Shown: positions 12,908 through 21,471 of the stretch, in pieces
Position numbering within the stretch: the first letter of the stretch is position 1
Layout of the letters: every line of letters begins with the position of its first letter
Assembly (NCBI RefSeq): GCF_009914755.1
Contig: NC_060938.1
Reading direction: 5' to 3' (one strand)
Source: the human T2T-CHM13v2.0 reference genome, Homo sapiens
Length of the DNA: 64,000 nt
Translations under genes and position numbers: made by a program
Notes under the pieces: generated by a model
What the model was told of the DNA's origin: nothing
Seen by the model: only the letters and a program-made list of their open reading frames with translations
The model's database searches: none

Positions 12908-13776
12908 CATTTAGGTATTTGAGTTTATGATCTCTGAACTAAAATACATATTATACTTTATTGATCATTGACGTTAGTATAATCTGCCAATCTGATCAAT
13001 ATGCCATATTCATATTTTCTTTATCTATGTCATTAATAAAATATTTAATAAGAATGGACCAAAGAAGAGACCTATGGCATAACATCCATTAAACAATGAT
13101 CTTTACATATGGTTGTTCAACAGGTCCTCAGTAAAACTCTCCGTGCTTCTAAATGATTGCATCCATCTGCTCACTTTATGCTTATGAAAATCTACTGGAA
13201 GTGCATACGCCTGATCCAGGAATTCACATCCTTGGTGAAGGGATTTAAGTCATTAGATTTTGGGTGTATGTTCTTAGCAATTTAATTATGTTTAAAATCT
13301 GGTTAGTAGTGTAGTAAATAACTGGTATTGCTACAAAATTGCATTGAGAAGATAATAGGATTGAATTTCTACACAAGTTGACACTCAATTAAAATTTCCA
13401 TATATCCAGTGAGTTAGCCAGTTCTTGGCTAAGGAGTTAGAGCAAATGCCTTCCTACTAAGCCGATCACTTCAAAACAGGCAAAATTTATAATAGAGTCA
13501 AATCAGGACTGAATGCATCAACAAAAACTGGAGTTCAGCTTATCAAATACAGATCAAAAGCAAGAAATAGACTAGAGAGCACACGGGATATTTCTTCCTT
13601 AAATTTCTCTATTTTTTATTGACACTGGAGGAAAAAATAGCACATTAAAACCTCCTTGCTGAATTACTGTCCTAAACCAATAGATCCGTGGGGCTTGTTC
13701 AGCTAAAAGCCACAACAGACTTTGTAATGCAATGATGTAATCTTGGCATCTTGGCTTTGTGTCATTTATATTCAAC

Positions 13777-13778
<2 letters not shown>

Positions 13779-13816
<38 letters not shown>
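13779..13816 (+). repeat. Long poly(A) tract
   Basis: About 38 consecutive A, with no recognisable SINE body upstream. Confidence 0.95.
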
Positions 13817-13817
<1 letters not shown>

Positions 13818-16800
13818 AATTTTCCTGAATAGACAGGCTGACAACAATATTGTTCAGTGTGGGTTTTTATTTGGATTCTCTCCAAATGGTTCACATGCCT
13901 TCACAGTAACACATGCCTGCTTACGTTTTTTGCCTGAATTCTAAACTTTTCCCCTTTTACTAGCTTTCTATTTTTCTTTTAAGGTCTCAGTTATGTTTGT
14001 AAAACTAACCAGCTCTACCACAAAATTAGGATGTATCTTGCAGAGAGCATTCATTTTACTTTTTGCATATTTTTCCCGAGGTCATGTCAAGGTTAGTTTG
14101 AATTCCATCCTACATTAAGACTTCTTTCACAGCTATTTAGCTCGGCAGCCTACTCCCCGCTGGGGTCTGCCCCTTGGGCACGTCAAAGCTTCAGACCTGA
14201 CAAATCACACACAGATGAAGCTGTACAGTTTTTTAAACAGTTTCATCAGTAACTTTTTTTTCTTTTTCACTATCCTCCTTCATGTTGAGATTTTTTTTTC
14301 TCTGAATTACCATTTCAGGAATGTTGATTTCCGTTTGAGACAATTTGTTTTTACATCAGAGTTGCAGACTAGCAATATCATTTATTTTATAGTAAAGGAT
14401 ATTAATAGCCTTCTGTCACCAAGACTGCAGACCTACAGACCATTCCTGACTATTCTAACTGTAATTGCTTTATTAAAATCTATTCGTAACAGGAAGTGTA
14501 GTGTTGGAAATGTAGCTATATCATAGAGTCTACCAGAATCTGAAAAAAATATCAACCATAAAAATGCAGTTTATAAGGTATTATGAGTTGAGCCTGGAAA
14601 TGTTTCCTGAATGGTTAATAATATGCTCTTATCCGTATTTTAGCAAATTATGAAACTAAATGATGCAACTCCATTTCCTGTTTAATTGATGAAGTTAAAG
14701 TCCTTGGTTGCTAATGAGTGTATTAGCAAACAATGTCCCCTTTACAGGCTTAAGTAGATCAGGATTTTTAAAAAGCAGCTTACTATCCTTATTTTTATGG
14801 GATGAAAAATATTGACTGCCACAAAATTGCTAGACCAACTGAAGTCATGGTGTAATTATTTCTGTGCAGTCATTTTGGCAATTTCCAACGACCAGATTAA
14901 GGTTTTCTAGTTCCCACACTAGAAAATAGTTATTTTCTTTTACACACCATAGACTTTTCATTACATTTTCATTCAGGACAAACAACACCTGAAGATCTTT
15001 ACTGCAGACTAAGGAGAAAACTTAGAAGTGAGGGGAAAAAATAATATTTGAGTGATTCTTCTCTCCTCAGTCTTCTTTTACAGTTTGCTCAACATGAAAG
15101 TACCCAAATGAAGGGTTCTGTAAAAGGTTGCTTGGTTGAAACTAATTAAAGACAGGTCTAAATAGAAAAAGAAAAGAAAAAGGGATCAAAGGAATTACAT
15201 TAGGTGTCAGGACATCATTTGGGAGCGTTTTGTTTAATTTTTGTAATTTGATTCCAGGAAAACACTAAATTCTAAAAATGTCCATTTTTTGCCGTAATTT
15301 TATACTTGTGTTATTTTTGCAATAAGATACATGTCAACAGGCAAACATCTTGAAGAGATCATTTTGGTATTGGCGCATTAACACGTTATGGTGAAAAGAG
15401 AGGCTTGTGCTTTTCACGCAGTGCATTTCAGTCTTCAATTAATGTGAAAGCACTACAATGCCTATGCAACTTCTCTTGCCTAGTGGTGCACCATTTATCA
15501 TTGCAGTTTTACATTGACCTTGACACCCACTTCATTAGAATAAAGATTGTCTACCATTTAGGTTACATTGTTCCTCTGCACAGAGACCCCATGCAAATTT
15601 CTGTTCAGATAGAAGAGCTGCGGGGCTGTCAGAGGTCATCTGCATTAAATGATTGCAGCTATTTTCCAACTGCTTCTTTTCATTCTACTCAATTCAGGCT
15701 AGGAGGATCAATCAAGTCCTCTGCCTGAAACAGTGGGACTGCTGGGAATATGACTGTTTTTGGTAGTAGTGGATATGCCCTAAACAGTATTAAATATTTA
15801 ATATAAACTCATTAAAGGCCATACAAAGGCTTCAGAAGGATATCAAATTTATGGAAATATCTAAGGGGATAGAGAACCGTTTTAAAAAGTAAATAGAAAA
15901 ATAATAATCAATATTATAATTTTACAGGGTATGATCAAGATAGTTCTTAAACTTACTAAATTTTACCTATAGGAGACTTTTTTCTCACCCTTGACATGGG
16001 AAGGAAAGAAAGGAGACAGGTAGACTTGGCGTCCTTATGCAGTATTTTTTATGAAATTGACATGAAAGTTTTCAGTTATTTGTGTTTTTATTTTTGTTCT
16101 GTAACAGTGACTTCTAGTCTAGCTATATTTATTTTTAAAGGCTTAGATATTTGTTATTTAAAAGAAATGACTGGAGAAATAAGTTGCCAGGTCTCCTACT
16201 TAAGTTTTCTGAGTGGTATGATTGGAATTAAATTATTAATGGCAGATACTTTAAAAAAGATTGTTTTATGATCTTCTATTAGGGAATTTGCAATTCATTT
16301 TAATATTTGTAGTTTGATTTATATTAAAGATAATGCAATCTATGTCCAATTAACAGTACATGGCCAGTGTAATGTGATTTCCAGATCATGCAAATGGAAT
16401 AAGCTAGAAGAGGGGGAAAACTCAATTCTTAACCTCAGGTGTCATTTGCTGTGCGAGTTCTGGCAATTTTAAATGACATTGCACTTTTTAATTTTTCCAA
16501 AGGCTCAGCAGCAAATTTATCCCAATCAGGAAAACCTATTATTAATTTACAAGGACAATTGTAGGAGTCTTTATAATTTCTCTATGCAATTACTCACCAT
16601 AAATTCTACTGGTAAAATACAAGGAGTTTGCAAGAAATAACAACTATTATTTGTCTTGGGCTTGAACCCTTTTCTTCAGTTTTGAACATCTTCTTGAAGT
16701 GTTGGTGGTACTGACTCCATGTGCAGCATCATATGCGTTATGAGATGCTACACACAAGTCTTCTGAAAAGCGGGGCAGCACAAGAGCTGCTGCACAGGCA

Positions 16801-16862
16801 ACACTGGCCTCTGGCAGATTCCTGCACTCCGCATGGACAGCTGAGCTTGGACCCTGGACTTT

Positions 16863-16975
16863 TATATAAAAAGACTCTTTGTTCACCACTGAATGGCATT
16901 AGGCATGGACTTGCTGAGGGGCCACCATGAAGCCTCGAATGAGGAGGGCAAACACTAGCCAGAAAACACGTGAGA
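16863..16975 (+). promoter_or_regulatory. Candidate internal promoter / alternative first exon (TATA box, perfect Kozak ATG, splice donor)
   Basis: TATATAAAAA 16863-16872; GCCACCATGA 16921-16930; CAC|GTGAGA at 16970; E-box CAGCTG 16838-16843. Motif evidence only. Confidence 0.35.
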
Positions 16976-16996
16976 GTTGTAAATAGACACATCCCT

Positions 16997-16999
<3 letters not shown>

Positions 17000-17029
<30 letters not shown>
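17000..17029. repeat. Poly(T) tract
   Basis: 30 T. Confidence 0.95.
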
Positions 17030-17031
<2 letters not shown>

Positions 17032-17146
17032 AAAAATGCATATTTTCACACATTATTTTGCCAGTAGTTTGGTGTTTTGGTATGTTCCTAGCATTTGCTT
17101 TCTTACTGATAGACTAAGTAAGATATATTTTATTTTCTCAGTGTAT

Positions 17147-17147
<1 letters not shown>

Positions 17148-17184
<37 letters not shown>
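17148..17184. repeat. (TATC)n microsatellite
   Basis: Direct observation. Confidence 0.95.
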
Positions 17185-17983
17185 AATCGTATCTATCAGT
17201 CAATCATGCATATATGGGAAAGGGGATCTTGCTGGATAAACAGGTGTTTGTGGCATTATATTTGTACCAGGAAAGACATTCAATCCTGTCATTCTAATAA
17301 CTAGATCATTTTCCTTGTTTTAACTTTTCCTAATATAAAGTCAACTGAAGCTCAGTTAAAAGTAATATGGTGTAAGATGTAAATGCTCAAACCCTGATGA
17401 CACAGAATACAACAGCCCTATTCTAATAATCAAGAAATGTCTTTAGTTTAATTTGTGTGTTTCTCGCAGCCAAAGCTTCACTCTCTGTTCAGCAATGTCT
17501 GGTCTCTTTTCAGCATAACCAACAGAAGCACCATACAAAAGTCTTACAATGGATGTCTTAATCTCTCTGTGTGCTTTTAGAGCATTATTTTGAATTCCAT
17601 CATGCTGCCTTTTTTCTTTCCTCTTCTGAAGTTTTATTACAACAGCAGAATTCCCAGGGAGCTTTGGGGGCAAGGTTCACATAATATAGCCCTCAAGTTT
17701 TGCTTAGGTGGAAGCCATCCCCCAATCCTGGCCATCTTTTGATGATCCCTCTATTTCAAAAAGATTCACTCGGTAGAGTCTTATAGCATTAGCTGTATAT
17801 AGTTTATTTTTTATTTTTTTTATTTACCAGACAGTGAGCATCTACAACCCTTTCATGATGTTTTCTTTCTCTGACCTCACAGTGACAAGGCATCTTGTTC
17901 CTTAACATTGAGGGAGGCAGAAAAATGCTTGAGTTGCTCAATGTGTGCCTTCTATACCAGTTTCAAAATGGCTTATTCTTCTG

Positions 17984-17997
17984 GTTTCCATGGTGAC
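17984..17997. promoter_or_regulatory. RFX X-box motif
   Basis: GTTTCCATGGTGAC (reverse GTCACCATGGAAAC), a near-palindromic RFX consensus; YY1-like CAAAATGGC at 17964-17972. Confidence 0.5.
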
Positions 17998-20900
17998 AAT
18001 TAACACTGTTTCAAGGCATTGTTCCAGTCTCCATTTGGGCAGAATTTTCGGTGTGATTTCTAACAAAAAAAAAGGAGGGGGACTTCGGTGTGGCGGGGAA
18101 GCCTTTAGCGTAACTGTCAAAAAAGTTATCTCAATCAAGTCTTCATGCATTTCTAAGTATATTTATTTCAGAAATTCCTGTTTTTGCTGGCTTTGTTTTA
18201 TAATTCAGTTTTAGCATTTGTGCTAAAAGTAAGTACTCAATAAGAATTTTCTACAACTTCTTTAGTTCTTAGTTAAAATGGTGGGCTAGAGTTTGTAGTT
18301 ATTTTTAACTCCTTTTTTTAAAAGTTTTTCTTTATATTTATATACACAGGGATGGCATTTAGAATAGTACTGTCCTGTGTCTTTAATTTAGATCATTCAC
18401 ATATCTATTAGGAGGCTTCATTAGTCAAAATTGAATTGGCCAAGCAAATACACTTAATAATGTAAATATGGCCTTTCAAGAGAGTATATTTTATTTTTGA
18501 CTAGACAGAGAGGCCCACAGCAGGTGCTGTGGGGAAATTAAATACTGGATGCTTATTTACCTTAGCACTCAAGAAAAGCTTTCTGACTTTAACTTTGCTA
18601 ATCTCATTTTTGCCTATTGAAGAGTAGTCTATATCATAACATCCCCAGACTACAGGACACAATGGGGCAGCCTCTGCTCACTTACTGCTGTGGGTGGAAT
18701 GAATATGAAGATTAAATTATCTTCTCACCACAGGATAAAGTAGCCCCACTTGATAGGATGACCGAAAACTGATAGAGCTGGCAGTTGATTTTCTGAGTCT
18801 AATGCTTCTGAAAAGATGTTAAGAGACAGAAGAGCAAAAACATACTAGCATCAACAAAAATATAAGCTCCTGACATTATTACACATACAGCTTGAGCCCC
18901 TAAACATATTAGATTTAACCTTCAATATGCTTCAAAAATTAAAATAAATATTTTCACCTTAAATTATATAACATTTTAGTACCTTTCATCCATATATCAA
19001 TACATCTAACAATTAACTAGATACTCTTAGCTTTTGTATTAGAGTTTGAAGGCATTGTCCATCAATCACATCTTAAATCAAGCTGTTTAGACAGTCGGCT
19101 ATATGGTGACAAAGACTGAGAGCACACATAAAGACAAGTTTCTTTTAAAGGTAATAACCTTTTATAATAGCTATTGCAGTGACTACTTATACGCATTTAA
19201 CAGAGAAGATTGGTTTATTACATCTAAAATTAAATTAATTGCTTTTTATATTTTTATTTGTGTAAGACTATCATTTTTATGGGACACATCTAAGCTGTTT
19301 CCTTTCTTGACTGATGTGCTGTGTGAGAGCTGTTTAAAGTTGGGGTGAAGAGGGGGGGATGAGCTTGTCACAAGTTAAAGGGATAACTGGTAGAGGCCAT
19401 TCCCAAGTGGCACAGCCAGAGGACTCTTTCTGTCAATGAGTAATACCATGTGGCATAAGTAAAATATTTGAATAAGATTTTCCTGCCTGCCTGAAATACT
19501 GGTTCCCCCAATATTATGTGGAAATCTTACCAAATTAATTATGTAAATCTTTGTCAGCTATATCATTTTAGATGGGAACCTGATTACATAAAGCAGATTG
19601 TCCTCTCCTCCAATCATCGCTCTGACAAATAAAACACTATCTAGGTTTCTAGAATGCTCCTGAATATTGAATCCAGAAAATTCAAGTGGACAGTGTGTTT
19701 CCTAAGTGCTGGAGTAACATGGTCCTGGTAATTGCCTTCCATTAGAAAACGCAATCAGAATTTCTCCTGTATCACAGGCCAGATTCTAAAAGCGCTCTAA
19801 AGCAACCCTTGATTTTCTCCACTATGCATATTCATGTAATTTTGGATACTCTGACACCCTGATCAACATTCATTAATAATATGAAATGCTTTAAATCACC
19901 TCATTTAAAACATTTTGTTCTGTGATCCACAAATGACTAACATTTGGAGAAGTTTACATAATACAAGTGATGTGCATGTTTAGTGTAAATGAAAGATTAA
20001 AATATGAAGCTAAAAGTATGCAAACATATGCACGCAAATGCTGAAGATCTATTAACCGAAACAGTGATTTCATACCTTCTTTTCCTTTAATCTGCTTCCA
20101 ATTGTATTTTTGTTTGGGATCTTATATAATATCATGTTTTCAAGGTGAGTGAAATCACCCAAGTGCTTGGGGACATTTGAACTTATTGATTTATTTATTT
20201 GCCCAGCGAAAAGTTTTTCTCATTAACTCTGATAAAGGTGCTTATCTTAGGGCACCGTTGGTCATGTAGGGCAAAAGAACAAAATACTACCATGGAACTC
20301 AGTGACCTAAATTTGGTGCCTGGAAGAAAAAAGTTTTAAAATTGCTATTATATCTTGGAAATGTGCTGAAAATGTAAAATATGTTTAATATTTTAACCAG
20401 AATCTAGATTTTCTACTCAGAGGAGTTTTTACATGTACATTTATAAAGTACAGTCATAGTCATTTATGGCTATCCATAATATAGGACTAACTATGGAGTT
20501 ATCCAAATAGAGTTATTTGAAGAGAATCACCATAGTAACTGTCACATTAAATAGCACTTACATTATCTCCAGCAAAACATCTTTTAGGAGAGACTCTCTT
20601 GGCAGTTTGTTAGAATATAATACATACTGGGGGAGAGGGTTCTGTAGTCAACTATGATTTGGGGGATATTTTACAGTAATCAATAAAGAAGCATAGATTT
20701 GTAACTACTCCTAAAATGTTGGCTTTCCTTTTTCTCTATATATGTACCTTTTCTCCAAGCCCACACAGAGTTTTTAAGGAAAAGAAAATGAAAACAAAAT
20801 GTTAACTGAGAATTCAGATAACTTACATAATCTTTATGAATAATTTTTTTTCTTTCACTTTGAAACTGGTCCTTTAGGGGAAGAGATGAGAGGTGGACAG

Positions 20901-21047
20901 CACTCTGGAACCAAATAATGGCCAAAATTAACTGTAATATTAAACCCCCCTAGACCAGTTACTATCCTATTTAGAATATTTTAAAGATCAAATATGTGTA
21001 TAAACTTGAGTTTAAGAAGTAAATCTTAGTCAACTAAATGTAATAAC

Positions 21048-21066
21048 TGTGTGTGTGTGTGTGTGT
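21048..21066. repeat. (TG)n tract ~180 nt upstream of the exon acceptor
   Basis: Direct observation. Confidence 0.9.
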
Positions 21067-21243
21067 ATATAATATATTCAGCAATATTCTTCATCTACTC
21101 AAAGTACTTAGGTTTAGCCTCCCCATAAATTTTATTGGGAACAAAAACTTTTAATGCTCGTAAGCATCACAAATTCTGTGTTCAATGATTTTCTAAGAAC
21201 ACCTCTCTCCCTAATGATATCTCTTTTTCTCTTTTCATTTTAG

Positions 21244-21390
21244 CGATACAGTGTGGAAATGTCCATCAGACACCTGAAAAAGACGGAGCTGCTTAGTAAG
21301 GTTGAAGCTTTGAAGAAAGGTGGCGTTTTACTACCAAATGATCTCCTTGAAAAAGTGGATTCAATTAATGAAAAATGGGAACTGCTTGGG
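21244..21390 (+). CDS. AKAP6: AKAP6 coding exon, 147 nt, phase 0/0 (RYSVEMSIRHLKKTELLSKVEALKKGGVLLPNDLLEKVDSINEKWELLG); C-terminal part of spectrin repeat 2
   Basis: Strong acceptor (ctctttttctcttttcattttag|CGA), 49 open codons, spectrin helix-C motif INEKWELL, weak donor GGG|GTATTT at 21391. Confidence 0.93.
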
Positions 21391-21471
21391 GTATTTGCAT
21401 TTTTATTACTGTTTGTAGGTTATGTGTACATTTTTTGCGTAGTGAAGTACTCTGTCCGATTTCTAATTTGA
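21391..21471 (+). CDS. AKAP6: Putative alternative terminal extension (intron read-through) encoding a transmembrane tail anchor VFAFLLLFVGYVYIFCVVKYSVRFLI*
   Basis: In-frame continuation past the weak donor: 18 uncharged, mostly hydrophobic residues, then KYSVRFLI and TGA at 21469-21471 (ORF track 21253..21471). Confidence 0.6.
   Translation, partial: VFAFLLLFVGYVYIFCVVKYSVRFLI

Noticed and set aside
21391-21471. Calling the TM tail a KASH domain
   Set aside because: The post-TM segment is only 8 aa and lacks the terminal PPPX motif needed for SUN binding; the architecture is nesprin-like but not KASH.
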